From the NCBI GenBank assembly GCA_951406725.2, contig OX597819.1, forward strand, positions 77,624,001 through 77,688,000: a stretch of 64,000 bases of DNA. The letters are read 5' to 3'. Below, one piece after another: positions 26,199 to 41,595 of the stretch (position 1 is its first letter; every line of letters begins with the position of its first letter). The DNA comes from Octopus vulgaris (lineage: Eukaryota). The position numbers and the translations under genes were made by a program. The notes below the pieces were generated by a model. That model worked only from the letters and a program-made list of their open reading frames with translations. It was not told where the DNA came from and searched no databases.

Positions 26199-27022
26199 AT
26201 AACACTGATATATCATTTTCACAGATATAGTTCTCAAAATACTAATGAGTAAATTCATTCAATAAACCACCATTGGCTTCAACCACGGCCTCCAGACGAC
26301 TTCGGAAACTCCTGCAAATCTTCTGGACGGTCTCCTTGTTTAAGTTGGTGATTGCTGCCATAACCCTTGCCTTCAGTTCATCTTTGGTGTTACAAGGAAT
26401 TTTGTTGGTTTTGTCACTCAGTTGCGCCTCAAGCATAATAATCAAGGGGGTTGAAGCCTGGAGAGTTAGGTGGCCAGATGTTAGTGGTGATGAGGTCACA
26501 GAAATTGTCTGACGGCCATGACTGGGTTCTCCCGTTTGTGTGGTATGGTGCAGAGTCCTGTTGCCAGACATAAGGCCATCCAGCAGCCACCCTCTTGACC
26601 CAGAGCAGCAATACCTCCACCAAGCACTTGATGTAGGCCTCCGTGTTGAGTCTGAGGCTGTGTTGGAAGATGACTGGAGGCTTAACGTCGCCATCATTAG
26701 TGATCACTTCAAACACCATGATGTTGATTGCATGTTTGATTTTTATCACTCTCGGTACATGTCCTCAAATTGTACTATTCTCAGATTGGCATCCAAACAC
26801 TCTGAAATGTTTGTACTGGCGCTTTCGGCGCAAACGCCAAGCAGCACAGCATGTCGTTTCCAAATCTGTGGCAGAGTGAATTGCGTCATGGTGCTGTTTT
26901 TCTCACAGACGGTGCCCAACTGACCCTGCTATACTGTGTAGTCGACAAAATAAAAAAAAACAATATGCATGCGCGAAATTAAGAATTATAAAATGGCGAC
27001 AATTTGCCCATCGCAGCCTGTA
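26199..27022 (-). mobile_element. Tc1/mariner superfamily DD37D (maT) transposon relic with internal deletion
   Basis: WQQDSAP...WPPNSPGFNPLDY with 37 residues between the second and third D (counted). N-terminus MTQFTLPQIWKRH at 26889. TIR-like TA-CAGGCTGCGATGGGCAAATT at 27001-27022. Confidence 0.85.
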
Positions 27023-27157
27023 CGCACACATACACACACACACATGCTTGATAATGGTTAGCATTGCCTATATTGTGTCAAAGTTTGTGCAGTAGTTACT
27101 ACTTTAATGATTTTTATTTCAGATTTCAACCCATTCCATTCAATAATGTTCTATATG

Positions 27158-27458
27158 TGTTGTTTCTTCTCGAGCCTTGCCTGGCTCATAAGGGCCGGTT
27201 TTCCCGGTTTCATTGGCGTATAGGTTCCTCACCTAGATGGGTCGCCGGTCCGTCGAAGGTGAGCTGCTAGATGCAGGAGGAAAGAGTGAAAGAAAGTTGT
27301 GGCGAAAGAGTCAGCAAAAGTTCGCAATTACCTTCTGCCGGAGCCGCGTGGAGCTTAGGTGTTTTGCTCATAAACACATACACCGCCCTCTGAAATTCGA
27401 ACCCGCGATCCTTCGACCGCCTGTCCGCTGCTCTAACCACTAGGCCATGTGCCTCCAC
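27158..27458 (-). mobile_element. SINE with head type C and a second body type
   Basis: tggaggcacatggcctagtggttagagcagcggac head, then body ggaccggcgacccatctagg...ggctcgagaagaaacaac. Confidence 0.8.
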
Positions 27459-28062
27459 GCAATGTCTTATATAGTCTGACTTAATTAAATTCTCATTTTA
27501 CTTCTTATTATAATAGTGTCTTTTTTTTAATTCTCTGAGGAAGCTTGAATTAATTGTTTGTGCTATAAATCTTTATTTAAACTCGTCCATACATGCTGTT
27601 CGTTCTCTGCGATCAAGACTAAATCTTCTTTCAAATTGGAGCTATAGGTTTTTATTTTTGTCACATCTAAAATTTCCTTCCTTTTCTCGGCCCAATAAAC
27701 TTTGGTAATCTTTTGATGTTATTTACTACCCTCATGACTCAATTCTGTCATTTTTATCTCAGTTTCTCAGCAAGCTCTTTGTAGTACTTATTAAATTATT
27801 TCTCTCGGTAATTCATATAAATGATTGATTTGTATCCTAGGGCAATTCTGATTGAGTAGACTTATAACACGACACTGGTAAACCGAATAATCTTTTGATC
27901 TGCGCTTTAGCTGTGACTTTTTATGGGTTTGCAACCCTAAATTTTAGGATGCACACATGCTAATTGCATTTGAAAGATGTGTACTCAAACTTACCCTGTC
28001 TTATTTCTTGTATAATGCTACTTCTCTGAATACCTTTTGATAATATTTCTATTTCATGGTGT

Positions 28063-28465
28063 AAGGTGGCGAGATGGCAGAAATGTTAGCACGCCGGGCG
28101 AAATGCTAAGCGGGATTTCGTCTGTCTTTACTTTCTGAGTTCAAATTCCGTCGAGATCGACTTTGCCTTTCCTCCTTTCGGGGTCGATTAAATAAGTACC
28201 AGTTATGCACTGGGGTCGATTTAATCGACTTAATCCATTTGTCTGTTCTTGTTTGTCCTCTCTGTGTTTAGCCACTTGTGGGTAGCAAAGAAATAGGTAT
28301 TTCGTCTGTCGTTACGTTCTGAGTTCAAATCCCGCCTAGGTCGACTTTGCCTTTCATCCTTTCGGGGTCGATTAAATTAAGAATCAGTTTCGTACTGGAG
28401 CCGATGTAATCGACTTGCCTCCTCCCCAAAAATTTCGGGCCTTTGTCCCTCAAGTAGAAAAGAAT
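28063..28465 (+). mobile_element. SINE family A, dimeric variant
   Basis: Head, core, spacer module, second core and tail. Confidence 0.88.
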
Positions 28466-29147
28466 ATTTAGTATTGAATATTTTAGTATAACACTGAAAG
28501 AAAAAAAAAAAAGCATTCATTAAACATTTTTCTTTCCTAAATATTGATTAAAAGACTTGCTGAAGTTATTTAACCTTAATTCTAACATTTAGCAATAAAT
28601 CGTAATGCTAACTTTCAAGCTTCGCACTAAACTTTACTAATCTAAAATTTTAACTTTAAAACCCCAAACTAACAGTAATATTACTATAATCTTTAACCAT
28701 AACACTTATCCTGACCCTAACCTAAAACTCGTATCCTAATGCTAACCATATTTTCCAGCTATCATTTTTGTTTTTATGGAGAAACTACTTGGAAAGCACA
28801 AACGACATTCGGAAAGAACATACTGAATTTCGTTAAATTTAGTACAAAATATCAAAGCAATAATTCATATTGTAAATTTACTTTGTATGTTTTCTTTACA
28901 TTTAAAACAAAATCATTGACAATTTGTCATGAGATTTACTATCTGTATATTTATTTTACTATTGCTTTATATTTTGACTTTATCTATTTCTAATCCAAAC
29001 CAGTTTTTGGCAAGAACATTACTACTGTACTTAAATTTGATTTGTTACCTTTATTGTAATCATATTGCATAATATATACATAATATTTTTTAAAGGTTTA
29101 GAAAGTAACATATTTGTTACTCTAACACTTCAGAATCCCTTGTTATA

Positions 29148-29201
<54 letters not shown>

Positions 29202-29204
<3 letters not shown>

Positions 29205-29595
29205 TTATATATAAAAGTAAGGTTGTGTGTCTGTCTACTCCGATTTAGATTCTTAACTACTCCCACATTTTGCGGTGCAGTTTAACCAAAACCGGGTATC
29301 TTATAGTCGTGATTCATATTGAGCCCTTCTGGGTATTAGCGCGCGTCTACAATGAGTCTACGATTTTAAAAATAATTTACCATAATTTTTTTTCCATTTT
29401 AATGCATATTTTTTTTAATATAAGGGAAGTAATTCTCTAAAAATGTCTACGATGAGTCAACGATTTAAAAAAATTTTTACCATCATATTTTTTCCATTTT
29501 TAATGCATTTTTTGCTATTTTTGGGCTATAACTCTCTAAAAATGCTTTATAGTTATTTCCCTTACAAACCCGAGCAACGCCGGGCGATACTGCTA

Positions 29596-29596
<1 letters not shown>
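29202..29596 (+). mobile_element. Non-autonomous Helitron
   Basis: 5' TC after A, 3' hairpin cccgagcaacgccggg (29569-29584) then CTAG before T, no TSD, inserted in (TA)n, internal ~60 bp tandem duplication. Confidence 0.85.
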
Positions 29597-29635
<39 letters not shown>

Positions 29636-30454
29636 TAACTGATTCTGATGTTTTCTTCGTAGATGATTGCTACAATCTACAAAGAAAATACGTTATATTA
29701 AAATCTTCGTTCCAAATCAATACTGTAAACGAGATGCTCTGGATGGTATCCAAGATGTGATAATATCCTTATCATTCAATCGAGTTTTTTTAAAACTTGT
29801 TTTGAAATTTCAAAGAGATTTTCTTCGTTTTTAACCTCACTGTGTTGACACTTAAAGCTTGGTTTGCTTCTGCCAGCAATACCTATAAAACGCAGTGGTA
29901 TCTAAGTTCTGATTGCACAACACCCATGGAAGTCAGAATCACCCGCCTTACTAATCAATCTACCACCTTTTAGCATATTTCTACCTGTTTTCTTTACCAA
30001 CATGAATAACGGTATAATGTCCACTTCACTACATTGTTTCTTTACAGGTTTTCCAAACACTTGTTCCAGCGATGGAGGATGAAAGTGTTATGTTCCTTCT
30101 TTATATAACACGCCAACTTGAAATTTTCTTTATTAATGAAGTAAAGACCGCAGGACATGCATAAGGCAAAGAACGGAAAAGGAAAAAAAAACCAACAAAA
30201 GTAAAAAAACGTTCTTCATGATGTACTCCACAATGAATATTTGGGTGTGACTGGAATTAAGAACATTATTGTGTAAAAATACTGGGATGTGTAAGAACAA
30301 TGTTACAGATTGAGAGAGAAAGAGAGCTATCCTTACATCTGTCTTTCAGAAACTCCCAGAACAAATAAAGTACATTTGTCTTTGAGAAAAACCCAGAATA
30401 AAATAACGTAGATCTCAATCGAATGACTTCTTTTATAACCAATCCCTACATATG

Positions 30455-30551
<97 letters not shown>

Positions 30552-30741
30552 CTTTTACGTTCTGAGTTCAAATTCCGCCGAGGTCGACTTTGCCTTTCAT
30601 CCTTTCGGGGTCGATAAATAAAGTACTAGTTTCGCACTGGGGTCGATGTAATCGACTTAATCCCTTTGTCTGTCCTTATTTGTCCCCTCTGTGTTTAACC
30701 CCTTGTGGGCAGTAAAGAAATATATATTCTTTTATTCTTTT

Positions 30742-30778
<37 letters not shown>

Positions 30779-30802
30779 GAGAGAGAGAGAGAAAGAGAGA
30801 GA
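30455..30802 (+). mobile_element. (TCTA)n, then 5'-truncated SINE family A (30555-30725), then (GA)n
   Basis: Direct match to the family A core. Confidence 0.8.
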
Positions 30803-31678
30803 TGTGCAGGTAATATCCAACCAAACTTTACAGTTTTCTCCATCTACCAGTGCAAAGAAATAATTTCTGTACAAGAGCGCTTAAATAAACAAAAAAAAAT
30901 TATTTATCGAAGAAAATACAGAACACGCCTAAATATGAACGCATAACCAACTTTGGTCTCAGTATATATTCTAATTCATGATCACATATCCATCACTGTA
31001 CATATATCATCTCATTACTTTAGTTTTTGAGTTTTTGTATAGTTATTTATCCTCCCCTGCAAAAAAAAACAAACAATGAGCAATTACCTCCCCTGTTCCG
31101 AATAATAACGATCGCCAGTTTACCTGCCCTTAGATTTTTCTAGTTGTTGATTCATTCACAAACTTCCTTCCAAGAACATCTTATGAGAAAACGAAATTAC
31201 AATAATTTCAATGTCATGATTAGCGAAAGCGTTACCGGTCGACAAACGCAATACTATCTCACTTATAAAATGTATTTACAAATATATTAAAACTATGTAA
31301 ACTGTGTGCATTTTTCTTTTATTTTATATAATTTTCGAATTACAACTCACAACGTGGAGACCGAAATTCTCCTCCTCCGTTTTCTTATATATATATACAT
31401 GCAGACACACACACACAAACACATAAATACACACACACTCGCGCCACACATATGTGCTTATGCGTATGTGCACGTATGCATATGTGTATGTTTATATATA
31501 TATATACATACACACATATACACATATCTAGTCTAAGAATGGAATTTTTGTATTACATTTAAACCCTATTTACGTGCGCTTCGACTATATGGTAATATTT
31601 GGTAGATATATTTTTCATGAATATAAATACAAATAAGGATAGAAATGCAGTTCTATATTTAAGAGACGAGGAATTATG

Positions 31679-31778
31679 TACATTATTTACATTATTCATA
31701 TTTGACGGATATTTGTTCTCATCTTGTTTGTTTGATGAGGACAAATATCCGTCAAATATAAATAATGTAAATAATGTA
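31679..31778. repeat. ~45 bp-arm inverted repeat made of the tail of the 63050-63309 element family
   Basis: Arms contain ttgacggatatttgttctcatc / gatgaggacaaatatccgtcaa, homologous to 63052-63110. Confidence 0.85.
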
Positions 31779-31927
31779 AATAATGAAGATAGAAACAGTT
31801 TCGTAATATTACAACATATCACATGTAATCCATGTACATCTCATCAGACAAAGCTAAATAACAATACCTAATCTGATGAGGTGTACATGGATCACATGTA
31901 ATATGTTCTAATATTATAAAACCATTT

Positions 31928-32375
31928 AAGATGGCGAGCTGGCAGAATCGTTTGCACGCTGGGCAAAATGCTTAGCGGCATTTCATCTGTCTGCACGTTC
32001 TGGGTTCAAATTCCACCGAGGTCGACTTTGCCTTTCATCTCTTCCGGAGGTCGATAAATTAAGCACCAGTTGAACATTGGGGTCGATGTAATCGACTAGC
32101 ACCCTCCCATAAAATTCCTGGCCATGTGTCAAAATTTGAAACCAATATTACAAAACCATTCAAGGCGGCGAACTAGCAGAATCGTCAGCAATCCTGGCAA
32201 AATGCTTAGCAGCATATTGCCCGTCCTTACGCTCTGGGTTCAAATTCCGCCGAGGTCGACTTTGCCTTTTATCCTCTCGGGGTATGTAAAATAAGTACCA
32301 TTTGAGCACTTGGATCGATGTAATCAACTATCACTTTCTCCCAAAATTTCAGGCTTTTTGACTGTAGAAGAAAGG
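31928..32375 (+). mobile_element. Two tandem SINE family A copies
   Basis: Copies at 31928-32143 and 32162-32375, bracketed by three versions of aatattaYaaaacc. Confidence 0.85.
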
Positions 32376-32447
32376 AATATTAAAAAAACCGTATAACTCA
32401 AAGTAAGATGAATAAAATCAAAATAAGCAACAGGATGTCAAGAAGTG

Positions 32448-32535
32448 ATGCAGTACGACCGTTTCAAGAGTCTCCATTTAATTGAACAATGCAATCATTA
32501 CATCAATTTAAATGCAGGCCTATCCTCAGCTGCAT
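32448..32535 (-). ncRNA. Type I hammerhead ribozyme motif with extended stem II
   Basis: Minus strand: atgcag CTGAGGA [57 nt hairpin-forming segment] GAAAC GGTC GTA ctgcat. 6 bp stem I; stem III ACG-GT-CGT. Confidence 0.78.
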
Positions 32536-32935
32536 AAATAAATAGAATTTTTTAATCAGTTGGACACAATATAATTTTACTCAAATTCTCTAATAGAGCA
32601 TGAAGTGGGAGAAAATCCATGATGCTACTAATGTAGCTCAAAATATACTGCACTTGTAAGAACTGTATGAAGTTTGTTAGGGCCATAGCTTGTAAAGAAT
32701 TGTGGTTCATTTTTGATTTATTAGTCTCGTTTTATCAACTGACAGATCTAAGGCTAGAGGACGGTGCCTGTTTAGAATGTATAGATGGAATGACTTAACA
32801 GTTTATAATTAGGTATGGGCATAAATATTGTCAGGATTTTAGGAAATTTAATAAGTAATTTTCTATAAAGGAGGCTGGTCAGAGAATTTGAATAAAATTA
32901 TATTAATGTGTCCAACTGATTAAAACATTCTATTT

Positions 32936-33019
32936 ATTCAGCTGAGGATAGCCCTGCATTTAAATTGATGTCATGATTGCATTGTTTAAATGGAGTAGCT
33001 TGAAACGGTCGTACTGCAT
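32936..33019 (+). ncRNA. Type I hammerhead ribozyme motif with extended stem II (inverted twin)
   Basis: attcag CTGAGGA tagccctgCATTTAAA...TTTAAATGgagtagctt GAAAC GGTC GTA ctgcat. Confidence 0.75.
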
Positions 33020-33080
33020 TACCCCTTGATATCCTGTTGCTTATTTTGATTATATATATATATATATTTATTTATTTATA

Positions 33081-33286
33081 AAATTAAATAGACAATCGGA
33101 AGAGCTACTAATTGTTTCAAGCTATTATGATACTTGAACGGGCATATCTATAAAATACACCATGTATCTTAAAGCGAGAGCCCCAAAGATTGCTTTAGGA
33201 TACATAGCATATTTTATAAATATTCCTGTTCTAGAATCATAATAGCATGAAACTGTTAGTAGCTCTTTCGGTTGTATATTTAAATT
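33081..33286. repeat. Diverged ~95 bp-arm fold-back
   Basis: aaattaaatagacaatcggaagagctactaa...gtatcttaaagc versus gctttaggatac...ttagtagctctttcggttgtatatttaaatt. Confidence 0.75.
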
Positions 33287-33403
33287 GATATTTATCTCTC
33301 ACCACTTGATGGAGTACTTTTCTTGTTGATTCTACCTCTATTAGATCTTATATATATATATATATATATATATAGACATATATATATATATATATATATA
33401 TAT

Positions 33404-33510
33404 TACAAAATGGGACAAAAACACAAAACATCCAGACAGCTAGGTGATACAAAAAGGAACAACAAAACATCCAGATAGACCTATGTTTTGCGTTCTTGTC
33501 CCATTTTGTA
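33404..33510. repeat. Short insert in (TA)n with 28 bp inverted ends
   Basis: tacaaaatgggacaaaaacacaaaacat / atgttttgcgttcttgtcccattttgta, 2 mismatches. Confidence 0.8.
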
Positions 33511-33698
33511 TTTTGATATATATATATATAGAACAATCTTACTTAGAAATGGATGCGTGCGATGCATATGTTTTATTTATTTATTAATTTATATATATAT
33601 ATATATATAGCGGCGTACGTACACTTTGGTCTCTCTCATATATATAAATAAATAAATAAATAAATATATATATATATGTATATATATATATATGCATG

Positions 33699-33752
<54 letters not shown>

Positions 33753-34149
33753 TTATATTGTCAGCAAAAAAGGGGTAAAATTAATTAATTGTTAATAAAT
33801 TCGACCAAGTGTGGTAAAGTGAATTTTTTTACTTTACCATATTTTTATAAATTATATATATAGACAGATAGATATAATGTGTGTGCATGTGTGAGTGTGT
33901 GTGTGTAAGTGTGTGTATGTATGTTTGCGTCTGGCCCTCCAAACAACCGGTGTTAGTTTGTCTATGTCCCACAACTTACCGGCTCGGCAAAGAGACCCAT
34001 AGAAAAAAAAATGCCAAACTTTATACATATGCACCAGGGTTTGGTTTCTTCGACTAGATCCTGTAAGACAGTTTTCCAGCATGGTTGCAGCCAAGATAAA
34101 CATACTTCGTGTTGCTGCAAAATTTATGCTGCGACTCGCTAACAGTTTT

Positions 34150-34560
34150 ACAAAAAAGAAAACTGAATTCTCATCAGTAAGAAGCTGCTGTCTGATTGGC
34201 GAAAACTTTCTGAAGAAGGCCTACGAACAGACGTACAAAACTTGGATGTTGCCCATCGACATCGCACCCACTCATGCAACACCCCTAACACGTAATTCTT
34301 TTGGTAGAGTAGACGACGATACTCTTTCTTCGGCTGCCATGCTTTTCGGATTTGGAATCTACAGAGTGTTTTGTCCTACAAAATCCGCCAACCCGCATCT
34401 GACAGCTCACTGATGTCAGACGGTTGAGAAGATCGAAGAGAATTCACTAGGTGACCTGCGCACTGCCCTTGAGAATGTGTTCCAAAACCGGACCCTAACT
34501 CTTTGTTAAGATGGGCGTATCAAAAGAGGATGGAACGATTTTGAAAATATATTCGACCAA
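34150..34560 (+). pseudogene. Mariner transposase C-terminal relic
   Basis: WMLPIDIAPTHATPLTR resembles WxLHHDNAPAH. It is followed by QTVEKIEENSLGDLRTALENVFQN and GRIKRGWNDFE (compare CIxxxGxYFE). Confidence 0.7.
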
Positions 34561-34669
34561 ATTGTAAGTAAAGCTAAATTTGGTTTTTTAAAAAAATACC
34601 ATTTTAAAAATATACTTTCGATAGATTCGAACGAAATAGTTAAGAGAAATTTACAAGATTTGTCATGGT

Positions 34670-36193
<1,524 letters not shown>

Positions 36194-36404
36194 TTTGTTT
36201 TGCTATTGTATTTATAGAAGTGATAGTGATGGCTCATATTTTTGCACCCACGCCCATTACAAACAGTTCTCTCATTCCTAACTAATTGAATGTGCAAGTG
36301 AACATAGTGGCGTGCATGTGTGTATGAGAGATAAATAGAGAAGAAAAGGGAGGGCGAAAGAGATAGATAGATAGTTAGATAGACAGATAGACAGATAGAA
36401 TGGT

Positions 36405-36438
<34 letters not shown>

Positions 36439-36656
36439 GGACAGAGCGGAGGAGAGCGTATCCATTATGTCTGGATTTTCCCTAATCGCCAATTAATTTC
36501 ACATCCCAATATCAAAAATGGATTGTTCCAGTTTAACAAAACATCACCCGATATAGGGAAAGAAAAACAGACAATTGTCTATTAGTTAAAAATATTACAA
36601 GATCTTACAGATTCTCTGAAAGATCACACTCGGGCAAACACATGCATACACAATGG

Positions 36657-36689
<33 letters not shown>

Positions 36690-36891
36690 GTATATAAAGC
36701 ACAGACATCTCACGCTCTCATGCATACATAAATACAGGGACATGGAGCCATAAAAACATAAATACATTAACATGTATCAGACACACACACAAACAAGTAT
36801 ACAAACACACACACACACACACACTTACATATGAACATGTACATATTTCTATATTTTTTACGAGCATCGACAAATAATAAGCATAACTGCA

Positions 36892-36932
<41 letters not shown>

Positions 36933-37209
36933 TTGTGTGCGTGTGTGTGTGTTTCTGTGACTGTGTACATATAAATATATGTGTTCGTATGTGTGTGTGT
37001 ATGTGCACGTATCTATCTATACTTTCTGAATGTGTAAGTATCTGCACATACTTATCCACATTCATACATACACATATATATGTATAATTCATCGGTACAC
37101 GCACACACACACACATACATATTTGTAAGTGTGGACGTGCGTGTGACTGCCAATTCATCACAGCCAACTGAGAGGCATATCAAGGGTTTTTGACACAGTG
37201 GCTACGGCT

Positions 37210-37755
37210 CAAATAGTTGAGCCGTAGAAAAATCGTCGAGATAAGCGGCAAAGTACAAGTCGCATTTTTCCTGTTGAAGAATATCTGGAACTCGAAACTC
37301 ATTCACAAAAATACTAAGATCCACATATTCAGTTCAAAGATGAAATCAATCTTACTGTATGGAGTAAAGAGCAGGAGGTATACAAAAGCCACTCTAGAGA
37401 AGATTCAGACCTTTATTGACCACTATCTCAAGAAGATACTCAAAATCTATTGGTCAAAGCAGATGAGAAACATGGTTTTGTGGGAGCAAATTCAGAAGGG
37501 CCCCGTTGGCACCAGGATCAATCGAAGTAAGTGTTACTTGGTTTAACGCACCCGTCTTAGAAAGCCCCACATCCTTACCAGGTGGCCCATTCACCAGGAC
37601 AAAGAGAAGAGAGGGACTCCAAAGAGTTCTTGCTGATGTGATCTGGAGAGAGAAGGGGTAAGATCTGGATGAAACAAGTGGGGAGGAAGACCCAGGAGAA
37701 GAATGAGTTGAGTGAGATCACTGATGGCTAATGCCCTAGAAGGGAACAAGGGACA
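37210..37755 (+). mobile_element. Old RTE-clade LINE 3' fragment
   Basis: GKVQVAFFLLKNIWNSKLIHKNTKIHIFSSKMKSILLYG...QTFIDHYLKKILKIYW matches the RTE post-RT region. Confidence 0.75.
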
Positions 37756-37760
37756 TTTTG

Positions 37761-37901
<141 letters not shown>

Positions 37902-38051
37902 TATGTGTTAAAATATATATATATTAAAATGCAGCAATTTATCAACAAAAGAGAAAAAGAGTACTCAGTATATGGTGGAGAGTATATCGTCTAATTTATG
38001 TGAATTATTGATACATACAATATACATAAGTATATGCATAAATGTGTTATG

Positions 38052-38090
<39 letters not shown>

Positions 38091-38132
38091 CAATAATAAT
38101 TCTCTAAATGAGATATAGACAGTAACTGCTCC

Positions 38133-38254
38133 ATAACATAAGGGACTAAAGCCATCTGAATATGGCTAGGGACAGGGCAGGGTGGTGGGGGTGTAACACC
38201 CCCACCACCCTGCCCTGTCCCTAGCCATATTCAGATGGCTTTAGTCCCTTATGT

Positions 38255-38257
<3 letters not shown>
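38133..38257. repeat. Perfect palindrome, 62 bp arms, 1 nt spacer
   Basis: 38133-38194 is the exact reverse complement of 38196-38257. Confidence 0.95.
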
Positions 38258-38285
<28 letters not shown>

Positions 38286-38637
38286 GTGAATATGTTTATA
38301 TACATATATGTATTTGTATATATATATATATATATATATGTATTTGTGTATATATATATATATATATTACATATACACACATATCTTCATATATAAACTC
38401 ACACACACATACATACATACGTGCATTCGAACAAAGACCATCTTTATTCTATATACATATATATTTTCATACAACCATTTGTAACAATATGTATAATACG
38501 TGAATTCACGAATGTACATATTTATTTATTTTTCTATATATATGTGCTTGTGTGTGTGTGTGTGTATATATATACATATATGCTTATGCCTCTATACACA
38601 CATATATATGTATACATACACACATGTATATATATAA

Positions 38638-38682
<45 letters not shown>

Positions 38683-38791
38683 TATATACCCTTCCACACA
38701 CAAACAGGAACATACAAAATCATATATGTGTTACACAAATATGTATGAATTAACCCCATACACCTGCACAAACACACACCGTACACGTACG

Positions 38792-38848
<57 letters not shown>

Positions 38849-39127
38849 CCGTGAGTAGTTCGCACATAGGGACACACACAGCCCTAATGCTTCTCACTCA
38901 CGTAAGTAGTACGAAGCCGTTTTGCTATCTGGACAGATGCCGATCTTATCAACTTAACGTCTCCCGGAAGTCTAGATGAGCTTAATGTGTTTGATTATAT
39001 ATGACGTGGCAACATATCACAGACAACCATTCTGGAATAACACTGCACACTTCACACGCTAACTCGGCTTTCAATGTATAAGCATCTACGTAAGCTTGTG
39101 GGTATGTATTTGTGTATATAGATAGGT

Positions 39128-40082
<955 letters not shown>

Positions 40083-40298
40083 TAAGGCGGCGAGCTGGCA
40101 GATTCGTTAGCACGCCGGGCTAAATCCCTAACAGTATTTCGCCTGTCCCTATCTTCTGAGTTCAAATTCCGCTGAGGTCGACTTTGCCTTTCATTCTTTC
40201 GGTGTCGATAAATTAGGTACCAGTCGAGCACTGGGGTCTATATAATCAACTAGTCTCTTCTCCAAAATTTCAGGCCTTGTGCCTTAAGTAGAAAGTTT
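40083..40298 (+). mobile_element. SINE family A
   Basis: Full-length match, preceded and followed by (ATT)n. Confidence 0.88.
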
Positions 40299-40309
40299 CA
40301 TTATTATTA

Positions 40310-40607
40310 TTTTATGAAAACTCAGCAGCTTATAGTGCTGGGTATGATGGAAAGTGTCAGCTGTCCACAACCAGTTGACTAAGGTGACACTTGTTTATTG
40401 GTCATGTTTCAAGAACCCTGCAAAGAATTCTTGCATTTCCAAGCAATGCTGATTTTTGTAGATGTTCTACCTTCCCACTTGCACCAGTCTTTTTCAGCCA
40501 TGTTGGTAGTTGAGCGCTGATACTTCCAAGTGCACCAATTCCTATTGGTAAAACGTCTACTCTCCTCATTGACCACAACCTTCGTATTTCCCACTTCAAA
40601 TCGTCAT
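40310..40607 (-). mobile_element. R4/Dong-type LINE 3' end
   Basis: KWEIRRLWSMRRVDVLPIGIGALG...LQKSALLGNARILCRVLET*, short UTR, then (TAA)n on the element strand. Confidence 0.8.
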
Positions 40608-40679
40608 AGTTTATTTTTCTTCTTCTTTCATATTCATCTTGTTGTCACTGTCACATGCTATACTGATTATCATGTTCTT

Positions 40680-40720
<41 letters not shown>

Positions 40721-41286
40721 ACATCAGTAAATAATAGTACCACAAATGACACTACCACAAGGGCCTTAGAATAATAAACATACAAATATTAAAAACGATA
40801 TATTCAGAACAATTCCTATCACTACTATTACAACCACAACGGGTCACTTTTAGGTCACTTGACCATTTAAGAGGATTTCACCAACCTACTATTGTTATAA
40901 AACTCCCGCATTCTTCTTCTTCTTCTTCGCCGCCTCCTTCCTCAGGTACTACTGCTGCTTAAACAATCAAAACCAAGAGCTCATATCAAATATTAGGTCT
41001 GCTACTACTTGATACCTACTACTAAGCCCTTACAAAAATAAAAAAAAGAGAGACAGAGGCGGACAGAAAAAAAAAAGGAAAATGTCCCTTGCAATTGAAA
41101 ACTATGGAAATATTTTAAAAAAACATTTCATTTAATTTTTCCCTAATTTGTTTTTCATGCAAGTTGAAAAAAGTCGCAAAGACTGAAACCGGTACTAAAA
41201 TGTTCTTCATGATACAATCATTTTAGCATTTTCTACCTGGTCATATTTTCCTTATACATATCAACTCGTGTGTTCCTTTTCAACCT

Positions 41287-41373
<87 letters not shown>

Positions 41374-41549
41374 CCTCTATGCATACGTTTGTTTGTATGG
41401 GTTTACAAGTAAGTATTCAGTTTGTGTTTCCCTTATGTTAGCGTTTATTATTAACATTGTCATTATTGTTGATGATATTGGTGAGGATAGTGATGATGAT
41501 GATGATGTTATTGTTATGTATCTACCCATCGATCTCTTGTCATATATAA

Positions 41550-41595
<46 letters not shown>

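Larger units (their letters stand above)
32414..33052. mobile_element. Element with ~175 bp inverted arms, each containing a hammerhead (Penelope-like inverted terminal repeat structure)
   Basis: 32414-32591 is the diverged reverse complement of 32881-33052. Confidence 0.7.

Noticed and set aside
27480-28040. Possible decayed transposase on the minus strand
   Set aside because: Many stops and no diagnostic motif identified.
28570-28750. taaccc/ctaacc-like words suggesting interstitial telomeric repeat
   Set aside because: Too sparse and irregular to call.
29640-30060. Faint piggyBac-like (KGG.D) or RT-like (FVDDC) words
   Set aside because: Too degenerate, and the two readings conflict.
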